Positions 13,361 through 24,461 of a DNA stretch of 64,000 nucleotides are shown here, in pieces; the stretch's first letter is position 1; every line of letters begins with the position of its first letter. The stretch is from NCBI RefSeq assembly GCF_963921235.1, contig NC_086108.1, forward strand, positions 114,392,001 to 114,456,000, read 5' to 3'. This DNA comes from Mobula hypostoma (taxonomy: Eukaryota). The notes under the pieces are model-generated. The model did not search any database. It was not told the DNA's origin and saw only the letters and a program-made list of their open reading frames with translations. A program made the translations under genes and the position numbers.

Positions 13361-15902
13361 CTCTGCTGAACTCTGAATTTCTCCCAGTCCTCAGGTGAGC
13401 CACTTTCTCTGGCTAATTTGTATGCTACTTCTTTGGAATTGATACTATCCCTAATTTCTCTTGTCAGCCACGGGTGCACTACCTTCCTTGATTTATTCTT
13501 TTGCTAAACTGGGATGAACAATTGTTGTAGTTCATCCATGCAACCTTTAAATGCTTGCCATTGCATATCCACCGTCAATCCTTTAAGTGTCATTTGCCAG
13601 TCTATCTTAGCTAATTCACGTCTCATACCTTCAAAGTTACCCCTCTTTAAGTTCAGAACCTTTGTTTCTGAATTAACTATGTCACTCTCCATCTTAATGA
13701 AGAATTCCACCATATTATGGTCACTCTTACCCAAGGGGCCTCTCACGACAAGATCGCTAATTAACCTTTCCTCATTGCTCAAAACCCAGTCCAGAATAGC
13801 CTGCTCTCTAGTTGGTTCCTCGACATGTTGGTTCAAAAAACCATCCCGCATACATTCCAAGAAATCCTCTTCCTCTGCACCTTTACCAATTTGGTTCACC
13901 CAATCTACATGTAGATTGAAGTCACCCATTATAACTGCTGTTCCTTTATTGCACACATTTCTAATTCCTGTTTAATACCATCTCCGACCTCACTACTACT
14001 GTTAGGTGGCCTGTACACAACTCCCACTAGCGTCTTCTGCCCCTTAGTGTTACGCAGCTCTACCCATATCGATTCCACATCTTCCCGGCTTATGTCCTTC
14101 CTTTCTATTGCGCTAATCTCTTCTTTAACCAGCAACGCCACCCCACCTCCCCTTCCTTCACGTCTATCCCTCCTGAATATTGAATATCCCTGAACGTTGA
14201 GCTCCCATCCCTGGTCACCCTGGAGCCATGTCTCTGTGATCCCAACTATATCATAATCATTAATAACAATCTGCACTTTCAATTCATCCACCTTATTACG
14301 AATGCTCCTTGCATTGACACACAAAGCCTTCAGGCGCTCTTTTACAACTCTCTTAGCCCTTATACAATTATGTTGAAAAGTGGCCCTTTTTAATGCTTGC
14401 CCTGGATTTGTCGGCCTGCCACTTTTACTTTTCTCCTCAGTACTTTTTGCTTCTACCCTCCCTTTACACCCCTCTGTCTCTCTGCACTGGTTCCCATCCC
14501 CCTGTTGTGAACTAACCTCCTCACGCCTAGCCTCTTTAATTTGATTCCCACCCCCCAACCATTCTAGTTTAAAGTCACCTCAGTAGCCCTCGCTAATCTC
14601 CCTGCCAGGATATTGGTCCCCCTAGGATTCAAGTGTAACCCGTCCTTTTTGTACAGGTCACGCCTGCGCCAAAAGAGGTCCCAATGATCCAAAAACTTGA
14701 ATTCCTGCCCCCTGCTCCAATCCCTCAGCCACGCATTTATCCTCCACCTCATCGCATTCCTACTCTCACTGTCGTGTGGCACAGGCAGTAATCCCGAGAT
14801 TACTACCTTTGCAGTCCTTTTTCTCAACTCCCTTCCTAGCTCCCTATATTCTCCTTTCAGGACCTCATCCCTTTTCCTACCTATGTCATTGGTACCTTTA
14901 TGTACCACGACCTCTGGCTCCTCACCCTCCCACTTCAGGATATCTTGGACACGATCAGAAATATCCTGGACCCTGGCACCAGGGAGGCAAACTACCATCC
15001 GGGTCTCTGGACTGCGTCCACAGAATCGCCTATCTGATCCCCTTACTATCGAGTCCCCAATCACAACCGCCCTCCTCTTCCTTTCCCTACCCTTCTGAGC
15101 TACAGGGCCAGACTCTGTGCCGGAGGCACGGCCACTGTCGCTTCCCCCGGGTAAGCTCTCCCCCCCAACAGTACTATACACCAGTCATTATACACCAGTC
15201 ATTGAAAGTGGGCATGCAGGTACAGCAGGCGGTGAAAAAGGCGAATGGTATGCTGGCATTTATAACGAGAGGATTCGAGTATAGGAGCAGGGAGGTACTA
15301 CTGCAGTTGTACAAGGCCTTGGTGAGACCACACCTGGAGTATTGTGTGCAGTTTTGGTCCCCTAATCTGAGGAAAGACATCTTTGCCATAGAGGGAGTAC
15401 AAAGAAGGTTCACCAGATTGATTCCTGGGATGGCAGGACTTTCATATGAAGAAAGACTGGATGAACTGGGTTTGTACTCGTTGGAATTTAGAAGATTGAG
15501 GGGGGATCTGATTGAAACGTATAAGATCCTAAAGGGATTGGACAGGCTAGATGCAGGAAGATTGTTCCCGATGTTGGGGAAGTCCAGAACGAGGGGCCAC
15601 AGTTTGAAGATAGAGGGGAAGCCTTTTAGGACCGAGATTAGGAAAAACTTCTTCACACAGAGAGTGGTGAATCTGTGGAATTCTCTGCCACAGGAAACTG
15701 TTGAGGCCAGTTCATTGGCTATATTTAAGAGGGAGTTAGATATGGCCCTTGTGGCTACGGGGGTCGGGGGTATGGAGGGAAGGCTGGGGCGGGGTTCTGA
15801 GTTGGATGATCAGCCATGATCATAATAAATGGCGGTGCAGGCTCGAAGGGCCGAATGGCCTACTCCTGCACCTATTTTCTATGGTTCTATGTTTCTATGT
15901 TT
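13361..15902. mobile_element. CR1 family A copy with inverted 5' segment
   Basis: 13361-15175 minus (ORF1 3' half plus ORF2 endonuclease), 15176-15902 plus (RT C-terminus, 3' UTR, TTCTATGT tail); CTATA duplicated at both flanks. Confidence 0.9.
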
Positions 15903-16049
15903 CTATAAAAAAGCCTTAAGGTGGAACATGAAGGTCAGCTTGCCAATAGTATTAAAGAGGATACAAAATGTTTTTCCAGATACAGAGTAAAAGAGAGGCA
16001 AGTGTAGATATCGGACCACTGGGAAATGGAGAGATAGTAATGTAAGTAT

Positions 16050-18582
16050 TTTGCATCCACCCAATAGTCAACGAGACTTGGAAGAGCAAATCTGCAGAGA
16101 GATAGCAGGCAACTGCAGGAAACATAAAATTGTGGTGGTAGGGGATTTTAATTTTCCATACATTGATTGGAACTCCCATACTGTTAGGGGTATAGATGGT
16201 TTAGAGTTTGTAAAATGGGTCCAGGAAAGTTTTTTAAATCAATATATAGAGGGACCAACTGGAGGGGATGCAATATTGGATCTCCTGTTAGGAAACGAGT
16301 TAGGACAAGTGACGGAAGTCTGTGTAGGGGAGCACTTTGGTTCCAGTGATCATAACACCATTAGTTTCAACTTGATATCATTAACAAGGATAGATCTGGT
16401 CCTAGGGTTGAGGTTCTGAACTGAGAAAGGATCTAAAAAGCATGGATTGGGACAGGTTGTTCTCTGGCAAAGATGTGATTGGTAGGTGGGAAGCCTTCAA
16501 AGGAGAAATTTTGAGAGTGCAGAGTTTGTATGTTCCTGTCAGGATTAAAGTCAAATTGAATAGGAATAAGGAACCTTGGTTCTCAAGGGATATTGCAACT
16601 CTGATAAAGAAGAAGACGGAGTTGTATGACATATATAGGAAACAGGGAGTAAATCAGGTGCTTGAGGAGTATAAGAAGTGCTAGAAAATACTTAAGAAAT
16701 CAGGAGGGCTAAAAAAAAGACACGAGGTTGCCTTGGCAGTCAAAGTGAAGGATAATCCAAAGAGCTTTTACAGGTATATTAAGATCAAAAGGATTGTAAG
16801 GGATAAAATTGGTCCTCTTGAAGATCAGAGTGGTCAGCTATGTGCGGAACCAAAGGAAATGGGGGAGATCTTAAATAGGTTTTTTGCGTCTGTATTTACT
16901 AAGGAAGCTGGCATGAAATCTATGGAATTGAGAGAATCAAGTAGTGAGACCATGGAAACTGTACAGATTGAAAAGGAGGAGGTGCTTGCTGTCTTGAGGA
17001 AAATTAAAGTGGATAAATCCCCGGGACCTGACAGGGTGTTCCCTCGGACCTTGAAGGAGACTAGTGTTGAAATTGCGGGGGCCCTGGCAGAAATATTTAA
17101 AATATCACTGTCTACGGGTGAGGTGCCGGAGGATCGGAGAGTGGCTCATGTTGTTCCGTTGTTTAAAAAAGGATCGAGAAGTAATCCAGGAAATTATAGG
17201 CCGGTGAGTTTAATGTCAGTAGTAGGCAAGTTATTGGAGGGAGTACTAAGAGACAGAATCTACAAGCATTTGGATAGACGGGGACTTATTAGGGAGAGTC
17301 AACATGGCTTTGTGCGTGGCAGGTCATGTTTGACCAATCTATTGGAGTTTTTTGAGGAGGTTACCAAGAAAGTGGATGAAGGGAAGGCAGTGGATATTGT
17401 CTACATGGATTTCAGTAAGGCCTTTGACAAGGTCCCGCATGGGAGTTTAGTTAGGAAAATTCAGTCGCTAGGTATACATGGAGAGGTGGTAAATTGGATT
17501 AGACATTGGCTCAATGGTAGAAGCCAAAGAGTGGTGGTAGAGAATTGCTTATCTGAGTGGAGGCCTGTGACTAGTGGTGTGCCACAGGGATCGGTGCTGG
17601 GTCCATTGTTATTTGTCATCTATATCAATGATCTGGATGATAATGTGGTAAATTGGATCAGCAGATTTGCTGATGATACAAAGATTGGAGGTGTAGTAGA
17701 CAATGAGGAAGGTTTTCAGAGCCTGCAGAGGGACTTGGACCAGCTGGAAAAATGGGCTGAAAAATGGCAGATGGAGTTTAATACAGACAAGTGTGAGGTA
17801 TTGCACGTTGGAAGGACAAACCAAGGTAGAACATACAGGGTTAATGGTAAGGCACTGAGGAGTGCAGTAGAACAGAGGGATCTGGGAATATAGACACAAA
17901 ATTCCCTAAAAGTGGCATCACAGGTAGATAGGGTCGTAAAGAGAGCTTTTGGTACATTGGCCTTTATTAATCAAAGTATTAAGTATAAGAGCTGGAATGT
18001 TATGATGAGGTTGTATAAGGCATTGGTGAGGCCGAATCTGGAGTATTGTGTTCAGTTTTGGTCACCAAATTACAGGAAGGATATAAATAAGGTTGAAAGA
18101 GTGCAGAGAAGGTTTACAAGGATGTTGCCAGGACTTGAGAAACTCAGTTACAGAGAAAGGTTGAATAGGTTAGGACTTTATTCCCTGGAGCGTAGAAGAA
18201 TGAGGGGAGATTTGATAGAGGTATATAAAATTATGATGGGTATAGATAGAATGAATGCAAGCAGGCTTTTTCCACTGAGGCAAGGGGAGAAATAAACCAG
18301 AGGACATGGGTTAAGGGTGGGGGGGGGGGGGGAGTTTAAAGGGAACATTGGGGGGGGGCGCTTCTTCACACAGAGAGTGGTGGGAGTGTGGAATGAGCTG
18401 CCAGTTGAGGTGGTAAATGCAGGTTCTTTTTTAACATTTAAGAATAAATTGGACAGATACATGGATGGGAGGTGAATGGAGGGATATGGTCCGTGTGCAG
18501 CTCAGTGGGACTCGGCAGAAAATGGTTCGGCACAGCCAAGAAGGGCCAAAGGGCCTGTTTCTGCACTTAGTTTCTATGGTTT
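16050..18582 (+). mobile_element. 5'-truncated CR1 LINE (family B)
   Basis: ORFs 16051-16419, 16733-17893 (RT, FADD), 17912-18295; near-identical inverted counterpart at 6546-9033. Confidence 0.92.
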
Positions 18583-19868
18583 TCACTGTGGAAGACACGA
18601 GTAGTATGCCAGAAGTATGAGTGTGTCAGGGGGTAGAAGTGAGGGTAGATGCCATTATGAAGGAGAAGGTGCTTGGGAAATTGAAAGTTCTGAAGCTGGA
18701 TAAGTCACCTGGACCAAATGGACTACACCCCAGGATTCTGAAAGAACTAGCCGAGGAAATCATGGAGGATCACTCAATTCAGGAATGTTTCCAGAGGACT
18801 GGAAAATTGCAAATATTTCTCCACTCAAGAAGGGAGGGAAGCAGAAGAAAAATTATAGGCCATTTAGTCTGACTTCACTGTTTTGGAAGATGTTGGAGTC
18901 AATTGTTAAAGATGTAGTTTCTGGGCACATGAAAAAGTAGGCTGTGGTCAGCATGTTTTCAAGGGAAAATCTTGCCCAACTAACCTGTTGGAATTCTTTG
19001 AAGTAATAACAAGCAGGATAGACGAAGGAGAATCGGTGGATGTTGTATACTTGGAATTTCAGAAAGACCTTGATAAGGTCCCACACGAGGCTGCTGAACA
19101 AGTTAAGAGTCCTTGGTATTACAGGAAATATTCTGGCATGGATAAAGGAATGGCTGATTGGCTGGAGGCAAAGAATGGGAATAAAGGGAGCCATTTCTTG
19201 TTGACTGCCAGTGGTGTTCCACAGAGTTCTGTGTTGGGACCAATTCTTTTTATATTGTGTCAATAATTTGGATGATCAATTGATGGCTTTGTTGCAAAGT
19301 CTGCAGGTGATAAGATAGGTTGAGGAGCAGGTAGTTTTGAGGAAGTAGAGAAGCTGCAGAAGGACTTGGATTAGGAGAATGGACAAAGTGGCGCAGATGA
19401 AACACGATGATGGGAAATGTATGGTCATACACCTTGGTAGAAGAAAAAAGGTCAACTATTTTCAAAATGGAGAGAAAATTCAAAAATCTAAGGTGCAAAG
19501 GGACTTGGGAGGCCTTGTGCAGGATTCCCCAAAGGTTATTTTGCAGGTTGGGTCAGTGGTGAAGATGCCAAATGTAATGTTGAAATTTATTTCAAGAGGA
19601 CTAGCATATAAAAACAAGAATGTAATGTTGAGACTTTTTATAAAGCAGTGGTGAGACCTCACTTGGAGTATTGTGAACCATCATCCAAGAAAGGATACAC
19701 TGACATTGGAAAGGGGTCAGAGGAGGTTCGTGAGATCAATACTGGGAATTAAAGGATTAGCATTTGAGGATTAGAAACATAGAAACATAGAAAATAGGTG
19801 CAGGAGTAGGCCATTCGGCCCTTCGAGCCTGCACCGCCATTTATTATGATCATGGCTGATCATCCAAC

Positions 19869-22868
19869 TCAGAACCCAGCCTTCCCTCCATACCCCCTGA
19901 CCCCTGTAGCCACAAGGGCCATATCTAACTTCCTTTTAAACATAGCTAATGAACTGGCCTCAACAGTTTGCTGTGGCAGAGAATTCCACAGATTCACCAC
20001 TCTCTGTGTGAAGAAGTTTTTCCTAACCTCGGTCCTAAAAGGCTTCCCCTCTATCCTCAAACTGTGACCCCTCGTTCTAGACCTCCCCAACATCGGGAAC
20101 AATCTTCCTGCATCTAGCCTGTCCAATCCCTTTAGGATCTTATACGTTTCAATCAGATCCCCCCTCAATCTTCTAAATTCCAACGAGTACAAACCCAGTT
20201 CATCCAGTCTTTCTTCATATGAAAGACCTGCCATCCCAGGAATCAATCTGGTGAACCTTCTTTGTACTCCCTCTATGGCAAAGATGTCTTTCCTCAGATT
20301 AGGGGACCAAAACTGCACACAATACTCCAGGTGTGATCTCACCAAGGCCTTGTACAACTGCAGTAGTACCTCCCTGCTCCTGTACTCGAATCCTCTCGCT
20401 ATAAATGCCAGCATACCGTTCGCCTTTTTCACCGCCTGCTGTACGTGCATGCCCACTTTCAATGACTGGTGTATAATGACACCCAGGTCTCGTTGCACCT
20501 CCCCTTTTCCTAATCGGCCACCATTCAGATAATAATCTGTTTTCCTATTTTTGCCACCAAAGTGGATAACTTCACATTTATCCACATTAAATTGCATCTG
20601 CCATGAGTTTGCCCACTCACCCAACCTATCCAAGTCACCCTGCATCCTCTTAGCATCCTCCTCACTGCTAACACTGCCACCCAGCTTCGTGTCATCCGCA
20701 AACTTGGAGATGCTGCATTTAATTCCCTCATCCAAGTCATTAATATATATTGTAAACAACTGGGGTCCCAGCACTGAGCCTTGCGGTACCCCACTAGTCA
20801 CCGCCTGCCATTCTGAAAAGGTCCCGTTTATTCCCACTCTTTGCTTCCTGTCTGCTAACCAATTCTCCACCCACACCAATACCTTACCCCCAATACCGTG
20901 TGCTTTAAGTTTGCACACTAATCTCCTATGTGGGACCTTGTCAAAAGCCTTTTGAAAATCCAAATATACCACATCCACTGGTTCTCCCCTATCCACTCTA
21001 CTAGTTACATCCTCAAAAAATTCTATGAGATTCGTCAGACATGATTTTCCTTTCACAAATCCATGCTGACTTTGTCCGATCATTTCACCGCTTTCCAAAT
21101 GTGCTGTTATCACATCCTTGATAACTGACTCCAGCAGTTTCCCCACCACCGACGTTAGGCTAACCGGCCTATAATTCCCCGGTTTCTCTCTCCCTCCTTT
21201 TTTAAAAAGTGGGGTTACATTAGCCACCCTCCAATCCTCAGGAACTAGTCCAGAATCTAACGAGTTTTGAAAAATTATCACTAATGCATCCACTATTTCT
21301 TGGGCCACTTCCTTAAGCACTCTGGGATGCAGACCATCTGGCCCTGGGGATTTATCTGCCTTCAATCCCTTCAATTTACCTAACACCACTTCCCTACTAA
21401 CATGTATTTCGCTCAGTTCCTCCATCTCACTGGACCCTCTGTCCCTTACTATTTCTGGAAGATTATTTATGTCCTCCTTAGTGAAGACAGAACCAAAGTA
21501 ATTATTCAATTGGTCTGCCATGTCCTTGCTCCCCATAATCAATTCACCTGTTTCTGTTTGCAGGGGACCTACATTTGTCTTTATCAGTCTTTTCCTTTTT
21601 ACATATCTATAAAAGCTTTTACAGTCCGTTTTTATGTTCTCTGCCAGTTTTCTCTCATAATCTTTTTTCCCCTTCCTAATTAAGCCCTTTGTCCTCCTCT
21701 GCTGAACTCTGAATTTCTCCCAGTCCTCAGGTGAGCCACTTTCTCTGGCTAATTTGTATGCTACTTCTTTGGAATTGATACTATCCCTAATTTCTCTTGT
21801 CAGCCACGGGTGCACTACCTTCCTTGATTTATTCTTTTGCCAAACTGGGATGAACAATTGTTGTAGTTCATCCATGCAACCTTTAAATGCCTGCCATTGC
21901 ATATCCACCGTCAATCCTTGAAGTGTCATTTGCCAGTCTATCTTAGCTAATTCATGTCTCATACCTTCAAAGTTACCCCTCTTTAAGTTCAGAACCTTTG
22001 TTTCTGAATTAACTACGTCACTCTCCATGTTAATGAAGAATTCCACCATATTATGGTCACTCTTACCCAAGGGGCCTCTCACGACAAGATCGCTAATTAA
22101 CCCTTCCTCATTGCTCAAAACCCAGTCCAGAATAGCCTGCTCTCTAGTCGGTTCCTCGACATGTTGGTTCAAAAAACCATCCCGCATACATTCCAAGAAA
22201 TCCTCTTCCTCAGCACCTTTACCAATTTGGTTCACCCAGTCTACATGTAGATTGAAGTCACCCATTATAACTGCTGTTCCTTTATTGCACACATTTCTAA
22301 TTTCCTGTTTAATACCATCTCCGACCTCACTACTACTGTTAGGTGGCCTGTACACAACTCCCACCAGCGTCTTCTGCCCCTTAGTGTTACGCAGCTCTAC
22401 CCATATCGATTCCACATCTTCCCGGCTTATGTCCTTCCTTTCTATTGCGTTAATCTCTTTTTTAACCAGCAACGCCACCCCACCTCCCCTTCCTTCGTGT
22501 CTATCCCTCCTGAATATTGAATATCCCTGAACGTTGAGCTCCCATCCCTGGTCACCCTGGAGCCATGTCTCTGTGATCCCAACTATATCATAATCATTAA
22601 TAACAATCTGCACTTTCAATTCATCCACCTTATTACGAATGCTCCTTGCATTGACACATAAAGCCTTCAGGCACTCTTTTACAACTCTCTTAGCCCTTTT
22701 TAATGCTTGCCCTGGATTTGTCGGCCTGCCACTTTTACTTTTCCCCTTTGTACTTTTTGCTTCTACGCTCACTTTACACCCCTCTGTCTCTCTGCACTGG
22801 TTCCCATCCCTCTGTTGTGAACTAACCTCCTCACACCTAGCCGCTTTAATTTGATTCCCACCCCCCAA
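19869..22868 (-). CDS. CR1 ORF2 protein: APE endonuclease plus reverse transcriptase (about 1000 codons, no AUG near its start)
   Basis: NARS, ITETWL, YRPP, GDFN, SDH (APE); SQHGF, LDFQKAFD, PQGS, FADD (RT); uninterrupted. The listed start at 22868 is TTG; the first in-frame ATG is at 22265. Confidence 0.92.
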   Translation of the reverse strand: MGGGNQIKAARCEEVSSQQRDGNQCRETEGCKVSVEAKSTKGKSKSGRPTNPGQALKRAKRVVKECLKALCVNARSIRNKVDELKVQIVINDYDIVGITETWLQGDQGWELNVQGYSIFRRDRHEGRGGGVALLVKKEINAIERKDISREDVESIWVELRNTKGQKTLVGVVYRPPNSSSEVGDGIKQEIRNVCNKGTAVIMGDFNLHVDWVNQIGKGAEEEDFLECMRDGFLNQHVEEPTREQAILDWVLSNEEGLISDLVVRGPLGKSDHNMVEFFINMESDVVNSETKVLNLKRGNFEGMRHELAKIDWQMTLQGLTVDMQWQAFKGCMDELQQLFIPVWQKNKSRKVVHPWLTREIRDSINSKEVAYKLARESGSPEDWEKFRVQQRRTKGLIRKGKKDYERKLAENIKTDCKSFYRYVKRKRLIKTNVGPLQTETGELIMGSKDMADQLNNYFGSVFTKEDINNLPEIVRDRGSSEMEELSEIHVSREVVLGKLKGLKADKSPGPDGLHPRVLKEVAQEIVDALVIIFQNSLDSGLVPEDWRVANVTPLFKKGGREKPGNYRPVSLTSVVGKLLESVIKDVITAHLESGEMIGQSQHGFVKGKSCLTNLIEFFEDVTSRVDRGEPVDVVYLDFQKAFDKVPHRRLVCKLKAHGIGGKVLVWVENWLADRKQRVGINGTFSEWQAVTSGVPQGSVLGPQLFTIYINDLDEGIKCSISKFADDTKLGGSVSSEEDAKRMQGDLDRLGEWANSWQMQFNVDKCEVIHFGGKNRKTDYYLNGGRLGKGEVQRDLGVIIHQSLKVGMHVQQAVKKANGMLAFIARGFEYRSREVLLQLYKALVRSHLEYCVQFWSPNLRKDIFAIEGVQRRFTRLIPGMAGLSYEERLDELGLYSLEFRRLRGDLIETYKILKGLDRLDAGRLFPMLGRSRTRGHSLRIEGKPFRTEVRKNFFTQRVVNLWNSLPQQTVEASSLAMFKRKLDMALVATGVRGYGGKAGF

Positions 22869-22873
22869 CCATT

Positions 22874-23809
22874 CTAGTTTAAAGTCACCTCAGTAGCCCC
22901 CGCTAATCTCCCTGCCAGGATATTGGTCCCCCGAGGATTTAAGTGTAACCCGTCCTTTTTGTACAGGTCACACCTGCGCCAAAAGAGGTCCCAATGATCC
23001 AAAAACTTGAATCCCTGCCCCCTGCTCCAATCCCTCAGCCACGCATTTATCCTCCACCTCATCGCATTCCTACTCTCACTGTCGCGTGGCACAGGCAGTA
23101 ATCCCGAGATTACTACCTTTGCGGTCCTTTTTCTCAACTCCCTTCCTAGCTCCCTATATTCTTCTTTCAGGACCTCATCCCTTTTCCTACCTATGTCATT
23201 GGTACCTATATGTACCAGGACCTCTGGCTCTTCACCCTCCCACTTCAGGATATCTTGGACACGATCAGAAATATCCCGGACCCTGGCACCAGGGAGGCAA
23301 ACTACCATCCGAGTCTCTGGACTGCGTCCACAGAATCGCCTATCTGACCCCCTTACTATCGAGTCCCCTATCACAACTGCCCTCCTCTTCCTTGCCCTAC
23401 CCTTCTGAGCTACAGGGCCAGACTCTGTGCCGGAGGCAGGGCCACTGTCGCTTCCCCCGGGTAAGCTGTCCCCCCCAACAGTACTCAAACAGGAGTACCT
23501 GTTGTTAAGGGGCACAGCCGCCGGGGTACTCCCCATCACCTTCCTTTTCCCCTTCCCCCTCCTAACCGTGACCCACTTGTCTGCCTCCCGTGGCCCCGGC
23601 GTGACCACCTGCCTTCCACTCCTCTCTATCACCTCCTCACTCTCCCTGACCTGACGAAGGTCATCGAGCTGCAGCTCCAGTTCCGTAACGCGGTCCCTTA
23701 GGAGCTGCATCTCGATGCACTTGGCGCAGATGTAGACGTCCGGGAGGCTTGGAGACTCCAGGGCCTCCCACATCCGACACCGAGAACAGCAAACTGCCCT
23801 CACAGTCAT
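22874..23809 (-). CDS. CR1 ORF1 protein: N-terminal Cys cluster, coiled coil, SGNH/GDSL-like esterase domain (311 aa from ATG 23809)
   Basis: MTVRAVCCSRC...CAKC, LRDRVTELELQLDDL heptads, VIGDSIVR, HIGTND, DGLHLN; open to TAG at 22874-22876. Confidence 0.88.
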   Translation of the reverse strand: MTVRAVCCSRCRMWEALESPSLPDVYICAKCIEMQLLRDRVTELELQLDDLRQVRESEEVIERSGRQVVTPGPREADKWVTVRRGKGKRKVMGSTPAAVPLNNRYSCLSTVGGDSLPGGSDSGPASGTESGPVAQKGRARKRRAVVIGDSIVRGSDRRFCGRSPETRMVVCLPGARVRDISDRVQDILKWEGEEPEVLVHIGTNDIGRKRDEVLKEEYRELGRELRKRTAKVVISGLLPVPRDSESRNAMRWRINAWLRDWSRGQGFKFLDHWDLFWRRCDLYKKDGLHLNPRGTNILAGRLAGATEVTLN

Positions 23810-23971
23810 AATGCCCCTCTCCTCAAATAGCAACAGAAAATGAATGTCAAACCTTCCTCGCCTCACCCGCTTCCGCCTAAGCCCGGTGAGCCGAAGCCCT
23901 TAAGTCTTCACTCTGCTCTCGGCTCACTCCGCCGCCCGCAAACTACGCTGCCCGCTCTATGAGGCTCTGTT

Positions 23972-24461
23972 CCTTTTAAATCTGCCGCGCTGCACTGCCC
24001 TACGTCACACGCCTGCGCAGTCCCGCCTCTCAGAAAGCCGTTGGAGAAAAAAAAATAACGAAAATTTCAAAAATCTCTTTTTCGGCACTCCCACTCAGAC
24101 TCTCAGACTCCTTCTTCGAATCAAATCCGAAGCAGGATGTCTGCCCTTTTAAATCTGCCGCGCTGCACTGCCCGACGTCACACGCCTGCGCAGTCCCGCC
24201 TCTCAGAAAGCCGTTGGAGAAAAAAAAATAACGAAAATTTCAAAAATCTCTTTTTCGGCACTCCCACTCAGACTCTCAGACTCCTTCTTCGAATCAAATC
24301 CGAAGCAGGATGTCTGCCCTTTTAAATCTGCCGCGCTGCACTGCCCGACGTCACACGCCTGCGCAGTCCCGCCTCTCAGAAAGCCGTTGGAGAAAAAAAT
24401 AACGAAAATTTCAAAAATCTCTTTTTCGGCACTCCCACTCAGACTCTCAGACTCCTTCTTC
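23972..24461 (-). repeat. About 2.8 tandem 173-bp monomers forming the CR1 5' UTR
   Basis: Units start at 23972, 24145 and 24318; near-identical and CpG-rich. Confidence 0.92.

Larger units (their letters stand above)
19773..24461 (-). mobile_element. Full-length, apparently intact CR1 LINE (family A)
   Basis: Tandem-monomer 5' UTR, ORF1, ORF2, 3' UTR with (TTTCTATG)n tail; target duplication GATT at 19769-19772 and 24462-24465. Confidence 0.95.

Noticed and set aside
14776..15819. 347-aa plus-strand ORF
   Set aside because: Antisense ORF1 read-through across the inversion junction into the RT C-terminus.
20251..22530. Recurrent antisense ORFs (e.g. MNLLCTPS..., MPPKWITS...) seen in several places
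   Set aside because: Shadow frames of CR1 ORF2 that recur only because the element is repeated.
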